DNA of 64,000 bases from Octopus sinensis. Its lineage: Eukaryota. Under the pieces are notes generated by a model. It was given only the letters and a program-made list of their open reading frames with translations, was not told the origin of the DNA and did not search any database. Position 1 is the first letter of the stretch. Each line of letters begins with the position of its first letter. A program made the translations under genes and the position numbers. This document shows positions 37,780 to 52,032 of this stretch, piece by piece. The stretch spans positions 58,156,001-58,220,000 of the forward strand of contig NC_043010.1 in NCBI RefSeq assembly GCF_006345805.1. The letters run 5' to 3'.

Positions 37780-39859
37780 CAAGTCACTAGACTGTCTCCT
37801 ACTCCACATGTAAGCATCTTAGTGATAATTTCTCATGAAGCAAACACTTGTTCTATCTTCATATCCTTAATTATCTAATTTATCATACTGTCGTTAACTA
37901 GAATGGCTGATTCTTCCATTATGTTTAGATAAGGTAATATTTCTTTTCCCCAGACATTTTCAACATTTAACCTTTCATAGTAGCACTTCCATGCCTCTTT
38001 CTTTTCAAAATTACTTAAGGTTCCATTATTCACTCACTTCTCAGCCACATCACAATTCTTTCTGACACTGATTTGCTAACAAGAATACCTCATGCCTCTG
38101 GTCTTCATCCTGTAAACCAGCAGCAACACCTTTCACCTGCTGCTGCTGCTGCTGCTTCCTTTACCATTTACACCTATTCTCAAGCTTCTTTTCCTCTCAT
38201 TCTTCCAGTCTCTTCACTTTTACAACTTTGTCTGCCTCACTCTTCCATCACTCTATGACCCTTGGTCTGGTCTGATTGTAACTTTGCACCAACCACAGAT
38301 TTGCTGCATCACTCTCAGGAAGTTGAACCATAAGAATTTCCAGTTGCCTTCTCTCTGTGTTTTTATGAATAATTGGCAGGAGTTACAGAGTGGCTCAAGG
38401 GCCAAGAGATTCATGCCTTAGCACTTACCAAACTCTCAGCCCTTGAGTCACTCTACAACTTCTGCAGATTATTAAGCAAAACGTGTATGACTATATCTTT
38501 TGCTTTTTACTTGCTTCAGTCATTAGACTGCGGTCATGCTGAGGCATTTCCTTGAAGAATTTTAATCAAACGAATCGAGCCCAGTACATTTTTTAAGCCT
38601 GGTCCTTATTTTATCAGTCTCTTTTGCTGAACTGCTAAGTTACAGGGACATAAACACACCAACACTGGCTATCAAACACAGGTGGAGGACAAACACAGAT
38701 ACACACATGCATGTATGTGCAAAGGGTTTGATCATGCCCTGCCATTGTGGGCAATATCTTTCATATCATTTGGGGCTGTCTACAAGAAATCCCCTGGAGA
38801 CATGACATCAGACATGACAAGATTGTTTATAAATGCAACAACTGGTTCTTTGTTGGTTATGATGATAAAGAGTGTTTCAGCTGATCAGATCAATGAAACG
38901 GCTTGCTTCTGTAATTAATGTACAAGTGGCTGAGTATTCCACAGACATGCACACCTTTAACATAGCTGTCAAGGAGATTCAGTGTGACACAGAATGTGAC
39001 AAGGTTGGCCCTTTGAGTTACAGATACAACTCACTTTTGCCAGCTGAGTGGAGTGGGGCAATGTGAAATAAAGTGTCTTGCTCAAGGCCACAATGCTCTG
39101 CCTGCAATTGAACTCATGACCTTATGATCATGAGTTGAATACCCTAGCAACTAAAGCATATGAGAAGGATTGTGCAGAGAGCCATATCAAAGGTAGAGGC
39201 CATCGCCACACCTTTTCAAATAAAGAACACTGGTGGTAGTTTCCAATAAAAACTGCAACACAATATAAACACAAACGACCAGACATTATTGTAATGGGAC
39301 AAGGGGCAAAATCCATGTTCTGCTATAGAGATCCCTTGTCAAAAGATATGAACATCTCTTCAAAAACTGGAGAGGAAAAAGAGAACATCTCTGGCAAGCT
39401 AATGAGAAACCTATGGTTGTAATATCCAGGTTATAGATTTGGATTTGTTCCCATAATCTTAGGTTTACAGCAGATCTGCATAAAATATCTAGAAATGCTA
39501 GGATTCACTTAAAAGGATCATAGCAGATCGATTTGCATTCTCCAAATACAAGGGATTAGAGATGAATTGAAAATTTGTGGGACATTTCAGGGAATCTCCA
39601 TTTGAAGATTCTTAGGGAATCACAGTTACACAATCAGATTTTCATGAAATACACAGGCATGCATGCACACACACACACACACACACATACAGTTTCGAAG
39701 CACGCACACTTGTGAACTGTCACACACACACACACACACAAGTGCACATTTACCTACATGTACTCACATACAGAGACACACATACATGCAGACATCAACC
39801 GATGAAGGTAACCACAAATTTCCAAGGCTGTCTTGACTTAAATGAAAGAGCCTTGTCAC

Positions 39860-40515
39860 TTCATTAATGAACAGCTCGAATTCCGCAAAGAAAAATACTT
39901 AAAATTAATCTCAAAAATACATACATACATATTAACAGAAAATGTGGATTATGTCATATGTCTGTGAGAGAGCTCATGCCCAAAAATGACTTCAAGGTAC
40001 CACCTCCTTATGCAACATGACATGGTTGCTAAGACAATTTACAACAACACTTACAAAAAAGACTGTTCCAGAATAAATATAAAATCTTCCTGTTATTGAA
40101 TAAATACCCAAACATCAATACATAGAGTACTGATGGGACATTCCCATCAAAACTTTTGGCAGATGTAAGCAGAACAGGCTGAATATTACTGTTTGGAACA
40201 GACAAGAAAAGTATGTACCATCCATCATAGAGGTCAGCTCTCCTGCTAAAGTGAATATTTCTTCAAAACTCAAATAGGAAGAGGATAATTAGGGACAACT
40301 GCTTTGAAACCTCCAGCTTCTGCATCCAGATTATAAATTCCGATTCAGACCAATAATAATTGGTGCACTGGGTTTTGTGGGTAAATGCCTAAGTGATGAT
40401 TTGGATAAGCTAGGGTTTTCAGAAAAACCAATCAACCAACTGATTTGCAGGCTACAAATACAGTCTGTAAGTGGAACAGTAAAAATATGCAAGACTTTTC
40501 TAAAGTTTTATAAGT
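39860..40515 (+). mobile_element. R4/Dong-clade LINE 3' remnant (RLE endonuclease region)
   Basis: Decayed RHDMVAKTIY, NRLNI..W and NLQLLHPDYKFRFRPIIIGALG...SVSGTVKICKTFLKF. Confidence 0.8.
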
Positions 40516-40959
40516 GACTTTCTTTATGTTATCTACATTCCAATGATGGAGCTTTGCATCTTTGTTGGAAAGCAGCTCCTTCCTCAGAGCAAGAATTACA
40601 AAACCAAAGACAGAAGAGAACACATTTATATCTGCACGCACTTTGCTTATGAGGTTGTTGTGTCCTAACATAAATGCTGCTTCTTTTAGTTTTCATATTT
40701 TCCAGTGGTATTCTCTGTCTATTATTTTAACTTCATCCCACAGGGAAAGGTGGTCGCCACTTTTCAGATAATTAATGGCTGGGCAAATACAGTTCAGTAA
40801 ATCCTTGCATCCTTGTTACCAGTGGGGATTTGATAATTGATGTATGTATTCTTGCTTAGCCTTCCCTTAATAAAACCAGTTGTTAAATGTTCAGAGGTTT
40901 GCTTTTGCTGTAATACATACAGATAATCTCATCTCACATCACAATTAATACAGCAATGA

Positions 40960-42770
40960 CATCACCTTTTACAATCATACAACAGACATCAATACCCAAA
41001 CCGTGACATTGATAACCCTGCAGCCAAAAACCACAATAACAACAGCTTACCATAATACATTCACTAAGCCTACTGTCCGTTTTGTTAAAGAAATCTGAAG
41101 AATATGTGATTGGTCCACAACAAAACAGAAATATCAACCAAACATTGCATTTTTGTGGATGGTATGAAAATACATTCTAAGAATATGGATGGTAAGAAGG
41201 TAAGTGATGACCTAATTAGGACATTCTCAAATGATACAGGAATGGCATTGGCCTTATTAGGACATTCTCAAATGATACAGGGATGGAGTTGGCCTGAAAA
41301 ATATGTCCTTAACTGGTTGTAAAACAAAGACAAATTGCAAGACCACTGAGTAACATTACAATCAGTAGCACTTGATATCTGATGAGGAATAGACACAGAC
41401 ATAGGAACAGATGAAAATACCTCCTAAGATGGAAATTGTGACAGGGAGTGTGCAATCAGAGAATATAGCACCAGGATAAAGAACATGTGCCCCTTGAAAC
41501 TTTCTGCAAGCAGTATATTGATAGAAGCCTCCAATGAAGGTGTCATGCAAGTGCTCATACAAAATATTTGGGTTACTTGATTGATGATGCTACATGAGAT
41601 CAAGGCCATTGATGTTAAACCCTGGAAATTGTTAATCTGTATAGGAATTTCTATATCAACAGCCTTGGAGACTAAATTTACTTGAAATGAAAACAGAGGC
41701 TTAAACTCAATCCAAACAGAGTTTGAATGTCATATTATATTCTTTCTATAAGAAATCATCAGAAGAGAAGCTGAACACAGACTGGTAGAAGGTCAGGCAT
41801 GGCTATATTCCCAGAATGCTTCAAAGTGACAGCAACAATGGCAACCAGAAAAATCTGTCCTAGGCTAACAACCAAGACATTAGTTCTTACTTTAAAGTAT
41901 AAATGTTTGTAATATGGAAGCAGAAAATGACCTCAAAATACCTGATGCTCAAAAGGAGTGGGGGATTCAAAGAAACTATATGACAACCAGTGTATACTTT
42001 GTAGAATTAATTTTGAGGATGCTACCCACATTATAAAAAAGATGCTTGAAAATGTCGTTATTCCCTACCTGTGAAACATGATGTTACAGCTAAAACAGTA
42101 TATAATGAAATCTGTAGAAAGGATAATGCTGAGGAGATGAATGCAAGAAGCTACAGCAATGTGGAGGGAACAATCATTCATGACATGAAAGAATGTTGGT
42201 GGAATGCCCTGTGAAGATTTTCATAAACTGCAAGTATAACAGGCCAGACATAATGATCTGGGATGAAGAAAAGAAACTAGACACGACTGTTCAAATCAGT
42301 TGCCCAGCAAATATATTTTTTTGTTTTTACTTATTTCAATTTCATTAGACCACAGCCATGCTAGGGCACCACTTTGAAGAATTTAAGTTGAATGAATCAA
42401 TCCAGGATATATAGATATACACAACAGGCTTCTTTCAGTTTCTGTTTACCAAATCCACTCACAAAGCTGGTCCAAAATTACAATAGAATACACTTGACCA
42501 ACATGCCACACATAGAGACGTATTAAAGATTATTAAAGAAGCAAACATGATGAAGTGATGAGAAATTTGCAGCTACTCCATCCAGTCAATAATTTTAGAT
42601 GTCTACCAATGCTTACTGGAGCACTCAGCCAACTGCTTTAGTACCAATCTTGAAAAGCTGGGGATTCACAGACCCAGAAAGAACATGCCTAATCAAGAGA
42701 ATACATCTACAAGATGTCAAAGGTATTGGCAAAGTATGTAAAACATTGATGAAGTTTAGCATTTCATAAG
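40960..42770 (+). mobile_element. R4/Dong-clade LINE remnant (RT to RLE), interrupted by a SINE at ~42320-42510
   Basis: HFVDGMKIH (FVDDLK-like), DLIRTFSNDTGM, IKAIDVK, HDVTAKTVYNEIC, KYNRPDIMIWD and MRNLQLLHP...KVCKTLMKF. Contains a 41-bp tandem duplication at 41215-41296. Confidence 0.78.
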
Positions 42771-43327
42771 GTCTACATTGGCAATGCCATTCATGTGTAT
42801 ATGTATATATGTACACATGTATGCATATATAGAAACATGCAACCACAAATGCAAACAGATACATACACACAAGCATACATACGTTTATAGTTACAGGCCT
42901 ATAGATACATGTGTGTGTGTATTGTTATGTATGTTTCTACAGGTAAGATTTGTATGCACTGTATGTACTCTCTCTTGATGTATGTGTACATGCATGTATG
43001 TATGTGTCTATGTATATATACGCATTCATACACACATACGCAAACATAAACATATATTTACACACATACATATATATATATATCTTATGAGGTTTTTACG
43101 CTATCTACCTGACAATTTCTTGTTAAGTTTTCCTTATTAAGTAGTTGTCCTTAATTGCAAAATTTTTATTCCGAAAAAACTTTTCCTCTCCCGAAATGCA
43201 ATTTTGTAAAAGTTTGCCATTCACCCGGATGTAATATATATAAACTCACCCATGTGCTTCGTTGATGTTGATCAGTTAGCTGTTCGGCTTAAGCGAGGCA
43301 GGGTCGTTGTTTATTTATAATACATTC

Positions 43328-43375
43328 AGGCCTGCTGATGATTACGTAAGTATGAAATCACTGTGATACAGGCCT
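43328..43375 (+). ncRNA. Compact type I hammerhead ribozyme motif
   Basis: AGGCCTG-CTGATGA-TTAC-GTAA-GTAT-GAAA-TCAC-T-GTGA-TA-CAGGCCT. 7-bp stem I, GUAA-capped stem II (U.U at 10.1/11.1), near-palindromic stem III, predicted cleavage after A43368. Confidence 0.68.
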
Positions 43376-43550
43376 ATATATTTTTAAATGTCTTACTTTG
43401 AAAAATTGCATTCGGTGGGATTAGTAATATTTTTGGTAGAAATGACTGATTGTCCCTCTTAGCGTTTGGCAGGTATATATAATGCCTCCTGGCATGTATG
43501 TATAATTATGCCCTCTATATATAAATTATATATATATATATATATATTTA

Positions 43551-43609
43551 TGGCTGTGTGGTAAGTAGCTTGCTTACCAGCCACATGGTTATGGGTTCAT
43601 ATATATATA

Positions 43610-43704
<95 letters not shown>

Positions 43705-43920
43705 TATGTTGGTGTGAGTGTGTGTATTATATGTTTGTGTCTGTATTTGTCCCCCCCAACATCGCTTGACAACCAATGCTGATGTGTTTATGTCCCTGTA
43801 ACTTGGTTCGGCAAAAGAGACCGATAGAATAAGTACTATGGAGTATATTTGCTCGACTAAAGGCAGTGCTCCAGCATGGCTGCAGTCAAATGACTGAAAC
43901 AAGTAAAAGAATGAAAGAAT
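43551..43920 (+). mobile_element. SINE family A with internal deletion and expanded (TA)n
   Basis: Head to GGTT, then ~100 bp of (TA)n replacing the left body, then an intact right half and tail. Confidence 0.8.
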
Positions 43921-43988
43921 ATGTATGTATGTGTGTATATATATATGAATAGATACAGACACATACATATAAGTATTCATACAAACAT

Positions 43989-44022
<34 letters not shown>

Positions 44023-44731
44023 ATCCATGCATTGACATATATTCCATGTGTGTCAAGCTGATTGCTTCACAACTCTTTAAACGCTTGCCATGGCATCTAC
44101 ACATGGAACCGAACCAACTCATCACCAGCAAATATCAAAGAGCCACAAAGAAATTCTATTTCTGAAACTACTTTCAAGTAATGTATGGAAATGATGTGAC
44201 TTGGTTCAATCCAGCCTGTGGGCAGTAACGGTTTGGATCAAACGGAACGAAGAAATAGGAGAATTCGTGACATTTGCTGAAGCAGACATTATAGGAGAAG
44301 GAACAAAGGAATTGGCAGTTCATGACATGGGTGTTATTGAAGTTGAGAGGAAAGTGTTGTTCGTTTTGTTGGAGTGGTGAAAGGGGTGGGAAGGGGCAGG
44401 AAGGTGTGCTGCTGCAAAAACACTGAACTTGCACATTGACATCTGTTGTTACACTCCGTCATTTGTGTGATTTAGCAGGATTCTGATCAGATATTGTTGA
44501 AAGACTGCAGCTCTCTCACTCACACACACACACACACACACACACAACGTAATAATGTATGTGACAATATTACATAGTGCTGTAGTCTAGTGCTGTATTA
44601 TTAGTGTGTCACAGTTCCAATAAGATCATGAGCTACAGCTTAAATGCATATGGTGATAGGAGACATACATGTGTGTGTGTGTGTTTCCTTTAACCATATG
44701 CATTTAAACTATAACTCAGAGACTAATTGAA

Positions 44732-44770
<39 letters not shown>

Positions 44771-45216
44771 ACATATATATATATATAAAAAATACAAAAT
44801 AGGACAAGAACGCAAAACATCCAGACAGTTAGGTGATACAAGAAAGGGACAACAAAACATCCAGATAGACATTACAAAGAAAACAAGGATGTGTCATTCG
44901 GAGTTCCAAATTATCTTTGCAATTTCAGCTGGTTATACTCAAGATTGCTCCAATCTGGCCAACCCATATATATATGTTAAACGACGTTGAAGTGAAGGTA
45001 GCATGTTCTTTGTCTATCACCTTAACTTCTTGGAGATTTTAGGTAAAATTATACTAATGTGTCCATCTGTTTTAATTTAATTAAATTCTATGTCTTTATG
45101 CAGATGAGGATTGCTCTGCATTTAAATTGGTGTAATGGTTACATTGCTCAATTAAATGTAGTTGCATGAAACAATTGTACTGCATTACCTCTGGATATCC
45201 TTGTTGCTTATTTTGA

Positions 45217-45262
<46 letters not shown>

Positions 45263-45885
45263 TATATATATATACACATATACACACACAGAGACCTGTA
45301 CGCATATGTATATATGTATATATATATTACATACACACACACACATATAAATATATACACACCTATCAATGCCGTGTATGTCATAAGGTCTACAAATCTG
45401 ACGGAGGGCTCAAAAGGCATTTTCAGATCCATAAAGATCAGAACTTCACTGCAGCTCTTGGTTGTCCAAACTGGACATGCAATCTATGTGAGAGTCTTTT
45501 CAAAACATTGTCTGGTTTAAAAAGCCACATCAGATGCCACGATAGATCTAAGATGTAAGTACAAAGGGTGGTCGCTCTGTGCATAAGGAGTAGACAACCA
45601 TCATATAAATATTATGCATGTATACATATGTATATAGGCATACAATGCATGGCTTTGAATCTGCCAAGGGTTATCTCTCTTTGGTATTTCCCATTGCGGA
45701 AGGTTAAACTGCCAGAAACAGGCTTCTGGGAATCTGATAGGAGGAAGCACTGGGCAGATTTGGTGTTCTTACATCTTTCACCAGAAGAGAGACATTTTCT
45801 CTGTGGTTAGTGCAGTGTATTTGCTTATAGAAGTTAAAATATGACACAAATATATTCTAAGCAAAATTTCTTATGTGTGTGTGTG

Positions 45886-45918
<33 letters not shown>

Positions 45919-45954
45919 GGATGTGTGTGTGTATATATATATATGTTTGTGTGT

Positions 45955-46555
45955 CATCATCGTCGTTTAACATCTGCTTTCCATGCTGGCATGGGTTGGA
46001 TGGTTTAACTGAGGACTGACGAGCCAGAAGGCTGCACCAGGCTCCAATCTGGCAAAGTTTCTACAGCTGGATGCCCTTCCTAATGCCAACCACTCCAAGT
46101 CTGTAGTGGGTGCTTTTACATGCCACCAGCACATGTGCCAGTAAGACAACGCCGGCAATGATCACGCTCAAATGGTGCTTTTCACCTGCCACCGGTACGG
46201 GAGCCAGTCAGTGGCCCTGGCAACAATCACGCTCAGATGGGCTTTTAACGTTCCACTGGCACAAGTGCCAATCAGGCAGTACTGTCATTGGCCACGTCAG
46301 TGATTTTGATTTCACTTGCCTTAACAGATCTTCGCAAGCAAAGTTTATTGTCCAATGAATGAAGGGTACTCATAAGTGGGCTGGTTATACACAACTGTCA
46401 TAGGCCATAGGTGATGGTCACACTTGGCTTGCCGGGTCTTCTGAAACACAGCATATCTCCAAAGGTCTCGGTCACTTGTCATTGCCTTGGTGAGGCCCAA
46501 TGTTCGAAGGTCGTGCTTAATCACCTCATCCCAGGTCTTGCTGGGTCTACCTCAT
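45955..46555 (-). mobile_element. RTE LINE 3' end (ORF C-terminus plus 3'UTR and (GAT)n tail)
   Basis: Minus strand GRPSKTWDEVIKHDLRTLGLTKAMTSDRDLWRYAV followed by the family D 3'UTR. Confidence 0.85.
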
Positions 46556-46584
46556 CCACATATGTGTATATATGTGTATATATA

Positions 46585-46624
<40 letters not shown>

Positions 46625-47241
46625 GTAGATAGACAGACAGACAGACAGATAGATACATACATACATGAATTTACCTTTTACTTGTTTGTCCTTAGACAAT
46701 GGCCTGGCTAGGGAACAATTTTGTGGGGTTTAGTTGAATGAATCAACCCCAGAACTTTATTTTTAAACCTGGAACTTATTCTATTGGTCTCTTTTGCCAA
46801 ACCACTAAGTTATTTGGATGTAAACAAACCAACACTGGTTATCAAGTGATGATGATGAACAATTGCAAGCACAAATACACACACACACACACATAGAGAG
46901 AGACAGACAGACAGACAGATGAGAATGGTTAGCCGTGGAGGTAAGAGTTTAAAGTTGGTATCAATGAAAATAGAGTTACACAGGATACCAAAATATGAAG
47001 AAAATATTTCAAAAGAGCGGTGCCAATAGTGTTAAAGAGTGATGTTGTGGATTTTATTCCTTTCCATGCATTGGCTTAGAGTTCAGTCTAACTGGAAAGT
47101 ATCCCTGGTCAATGAAATTGTAGGCACTGATAACTGACCATTGTCTCTTGGTGTCTAGAATACAGCAAATGGACAACACATTTTTACATCAATATATCTA
47201 CTTTGACAGTATATACGTATGTGTGTGTGTGTGTGTATGTG

Positions 47242-47275
<34 letters not shown>

Positions 47276-47516
47276 TATGTGCTCTCAGATACATATGTGT
47301 ATATATATATCTGTATAAATGTTTATAAATACATATAAACATATATATACACATACATAAGTAGTTGTATTATACATTAATACATGCATACAAAGATACA
47401 TACAAACTTACAAACATATGTGTTTATATATATATATTATATATATACATATATATGTGCATGCGTGTGTATGTGTGTATATAAAATAAATACATAAATG
47501 CATATACATATATATA

Positions 47517-47563
<47 letters not shown>

Positions 47564-48687
47564 CAGACATATATATGTTCGCATATCCACAATGTATACA
47601 TTACAGCTTTACTGTTAGTGTATACACACACACACACACACATACACAGTCACACGTTTCTCAGTCACCATCGCCACCCTCGTCCCCTCCTCCACCCACC
47701 ACCACCATTTCAGAAGAAAGAGAAGATGCAATGTTTGAGATGATGACATGTTACGTGAGGTGAATACAGTCCCTCCCCACACCTCCTCCATTTGCTCTCT
47801 CACACACATTTTAGTAACAACAATTACTTCAACACCCAGCAGCTGTTCCATCAATTTCACTCACTTGTATACCGGCTCTTTCTCAATCTAGCAATGTAGA
47901 TTTAATATATATCACAATTGATAAATTGTTAAACAAGCCACAACAACCCTAAATATCTTCCTGGTTTCCCTCATTCCACCTTCTCTCCCCCCCCTCTCTC
48001 TCTTCACCATTTCATTCTTCCTTATCTTCTCTTTGTTTCAGTTTTCATGATTCCTTTTACCTTTTCTTTCTTTCTGGCACTGTTTGGTTGTTGTTTTGTG
48101 GTTGATGATAATGTTGTTGCTGTGGGGAGCTGTGGGTGGTGGGTATTTAGCTCCTACTTCTGTCTTCATTGACAACATCTAGAATCTGAATTGCTCCAGC
48201 TGTGACACCCCTGCTGTTTTGCCTATCAAGGACTACACTGTCAAATCTATCTTTCATTTTTAAAACACCACACCATGTTTCGAAAGAAGTTGGCTATTCT
48301 TTCTTGCAGGTCAAGGCTCTGTCATTGTCTTGGAAAACTGTTTTACTGTTTGTTAGCTCTCCAATTGTTGTTGGCAACCTAACCCAACCAATTTACACCA
48401 CATTAACTCACTCTCCTAAATTCCCCTTTTGGGTGTGACAACAATGAGAATCTAACCTTTCCCTTGTTACTTCCTTCCAACCGTTCCTTTGCTTCTGACT
48501 GAAACCATATCTTGTTACAACATCACACAACACTGCAACACCTTACAACCTTCCTGAAACAGTACCACAACAACACTTGCTCTCCCACACACTTCAGACA
48601 CAATATTACATTGCTCTACACCACTACTATAACACCATCCAGAAACACTATCTTTCTCTCTCTCACTCAGATATATATATATATATA

Positions 48688-48862
48688 TTTCTTTACTACC
48701 CACAAGGGGCTAAACATAGAGGGGACAAACAAGGACAGACAAAGGGATTAAGTCGATTAAATCAACCCCAGTGCGAAACTGGTACTTTATTTATTGACCC
48801 TGAAAGGATGAAAGGCAAAGTCGACCTCAGCGGAATTTGAACTCAGAACGTAACGACAGACA
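48688..48862 (-). mobile_element. SINE family C, 5' truncated
   Basis: Matches 1245-1420. Confidence 0.85.
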
Positions 48863-49078
48863 AACACTCAGATATATATATATATACCCACAACAATACC
48901 ACACACTACTACAACAACTCAATGTTCCTTCCACGGTCCCAATACACTTACAACACTCCACAACACTACAATACTAATCTAACAATGCTATCTCTTTCAT
49001 ATACTCTAAACACACAACATAACTCGGGGCCTTATTATAACAGTAAAGAAATGTACAACCACACAACCACTACAACTA

Positions 49079-50292
49079 TCAGGTCATTAAAAATGAAATG
49101 TTTGATTTTGAACTGAAAGTTTATTTAATTTTATCTCAATAAAAAGTAATACAGTTAACCAAAGCATGCACCTAAATCATCAACACAATTTTGCCATTTA
49201 ACCAGTAGCTTATTTATGCCGGCAGCAAAGAATTCTGGAGAGCAAAAGGTGATTAAATCACAAAAGGCTGTTTTGGCATTTTCTTCAGATTTGAAGTTTT
49301 TCCTTTGCAAAATGTTGTCTAATGCCTGGAAAATGTGAGTCGGTTGGTGTAAGGTCTGGTGAATATGGTGGATGACAGAGTACTTCCAAGTTCAGTTCCT
49401 GTAACTGGAGTAGTGTTCTCTGTGCAATATATGGTCATGAAATAGTCTTGCAAAAGAATCAACCTGTCTCTATTGACCAATCTTGGTTATTTAATGTACA
49501 TTTACTCATCATTTCATCTAACTGGTTGATGTATGCATCTGTTGTAATTGACTTACCAGTTCTCATGAAGCTGTAGTTGATGACACCAGCACTGGACCAC
49601 TAAACAGGTACCATTAGCTTTTTTTGGTGAATATTCTTTTTTAGACAGTGGTTCATCTCTATCCAACTACCATGCAGAATGCTTGCTATTGTTGGAAAGA
49701 ATCCATTTTTCATCACACACAATGATACGATGGGAAAATGGTTTGCTTTTATGCCATGACAGCAAAGAACAGCAAGTTTGAAGACGTGTCATTTAACGCT
49801 TATTCAGATTGTGGCACCCACTTGTTCAGCTTCTTTACTTTGCCAATTTGTTTCAGATAGTCCAATACAGTTGGAATCAAAGCATCAAACCTTGCTGCTA
49901 ACTCACGCCTAGTTTGAAATGTATCTGGTTCCACTACATCTGGTTTCCAGCTCATCACTATCCACCATGGGGTAGGTCTATCATGGGACTGATTTTTAAG
50001 AGTAAAGTTACAGTACTTTCATTCACCACATCTTCACCAAACATCGATGCTTCAAGCTGTCTGGGATGCAGTGGTTCCATGACAGGACACATGTTCATAT
50101 ACAACATGAATTTCTGATCTATCCATGGGTTCACAAAAAAATGATTTACAAGAGAAAACTCACAATATAATCAGACAAAATGAATTGCATTTCAAAAAGT
50201 CATGATGTAACTCATGTAAAACAAAGAATTCTCAGGATAAAACATTAGTCAAACTTGGTGCATAATCGGACATTTCATTCTTGATGACCTGA
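49079..50292 (-). mobile_element. mariner (DD34D-type) transposon, near full length, pseudogenised
   Basis: TIRs TA|TCAGGTCATTAAAAATGAAATG and CATTTCATTCTTGATGACCTGA|TA. Minus-strand ATG at 50126 (MDRSEIHVVYE), then WVP, IIVCDEKWI and HPPYSPDLTPTD. Confidence 0.9.
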
Positions 50293-52032
50293 TAACTGGT
50301 ACTCCATTGGTTACAATGACAAGTTTTCCATTTGATCCAATCAACAGAACAGCCTGCTTTTGAAATTAACATGTAAGTGGCCGAGTCCTCCACAGACATA
50401 TGTACCCTTAACGTAGTTCTTGATGAGATTTATCATGACACAGAATGTGACAAGGCTGGCCCCTTTGAATCACTCAGGTTTTGTCAGCTGAGTGGACTGG
50501 TGCAGTGTGAAATAAAGTATATGTCTCAAGGACCACTGGGAATGAAAACTGCCTCCCTTACAACTGTGAGCCAAAATACCCTAACCACTAAGCCACTCGC
50601 CTTCACTACAACCCACTCCTAAACACATTCTCTTCTCTCTGACACACGCACACCCAATAACATCATCCAGAGGGTGATCTATCTTTAAACGTTCTGTGAT
50701 CCTATTTCTGTTGAAATACAATGGCTTCATTTCAATTAATTTTGAAAACAATGCAGAAGTTAGAAAAACATTCTTGCCATTATTAAGTTGATATCTTGAC
50801 CATAAATGAAAAACACATTTTCATGGAGGGCTCTAATTTCACTTGAAAATGGAATGCTGTCATCATAGATTTAAAAAGAGTCTTGAGTGGGTCAACAGTG
50901 AAAGGGTCAAACATTGTTTTGGAGCTTACAGCAGGGAGTCTATATGTGGCTGACCCTTACTGTAGTCACTACTAACATCTGGCCAAGGAGATGGCTTCAG
51001 TAAAGAGGGAAGAACACAGGGGAGATAATCATAAGAACTTCCTGTAGGCAACAGACCAGATCTGCGAATGGTGCAAGGTTCTGTCTGGTTGGAAGGAAAC
51101 ACGATGATGCAGTGGTACTGTAACGGCTAAGAGAGAAAAGATGGCAAGATGGGAAGAAAGGGAAGCAGTGGAGAGAACTAGCAAAAGGTTAGAAGGGAAG
51201 TTAGGCTTCAGGTATAAGTAACAGAAAGAGTGGTCAGTGGCAGGAAAGACGTCCTGCCATAGAAACTGTGTCCAAGTGAGATGTATAAGGGAGGTGAGGA
51301 TGTCTCACTACATCTCAGTGAATAGAAGTGAACAGTGACAATCCACCCAACCCATGCCAGCATGGAAAACAGATGTAAAAGGAGGATGTCACTACACACT
51401 ACAATGTACTTTCACAGCTCACCGTCACCATCTCCACAATTGCCATATATAGCTTGTCACCATGATTCTCCACCACTAACACAACAACTGCCACCACCAC
51501 CACCACCACCACCACCACCACATTCCACCATCTCCATTCCCACCTCTACAACACCACATCTGCTATCGCCACCCTCATCATCCCCACCACCACCACCATC
51601 ATCAAACACCAGAGGAAAGAAGACACATGTTATGCAGAGAAATGCATTCTAAGTAGATCGGACTGGATGAGGTGGGGGTGGGGGTAGAGCACGGTGGTGG
51701 TGGTGGTGGTGGTGGTGGTGGTGACGGCAATGTAGGTATTTCATGATGTTCCCTGATGAGACATGATATCAGGCATAGAATTACCTGCTGGGGCAATATA
51801 ATGAAGAGGGGCCACCTGCACTCAACTAATTATATACACCACCTGACAATGTGGCTCTGAAGGTGGTGGAGGTGGTGGCGTGTATGTGTCTGCTTGTATG
51901 TATATATAGATGCATGCTGGCAACCTGGTGTGAGCATGTGTGCATGTATTGTCAGTCAGTGACTTCTTAAAGAATAATCTCAATATATTTGGAAATAGAA
52001 GAGCAATGCAAGTGGGTGTGTGTGTGTGTGTG

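Noticed and set aside
47859-47870. Minus-strand CAA|GTGAGT as candidate donor for the protocadherin leader exon
   Set aside because: Such hexamers occur many times by chance in 64 kb; needs junction reads.
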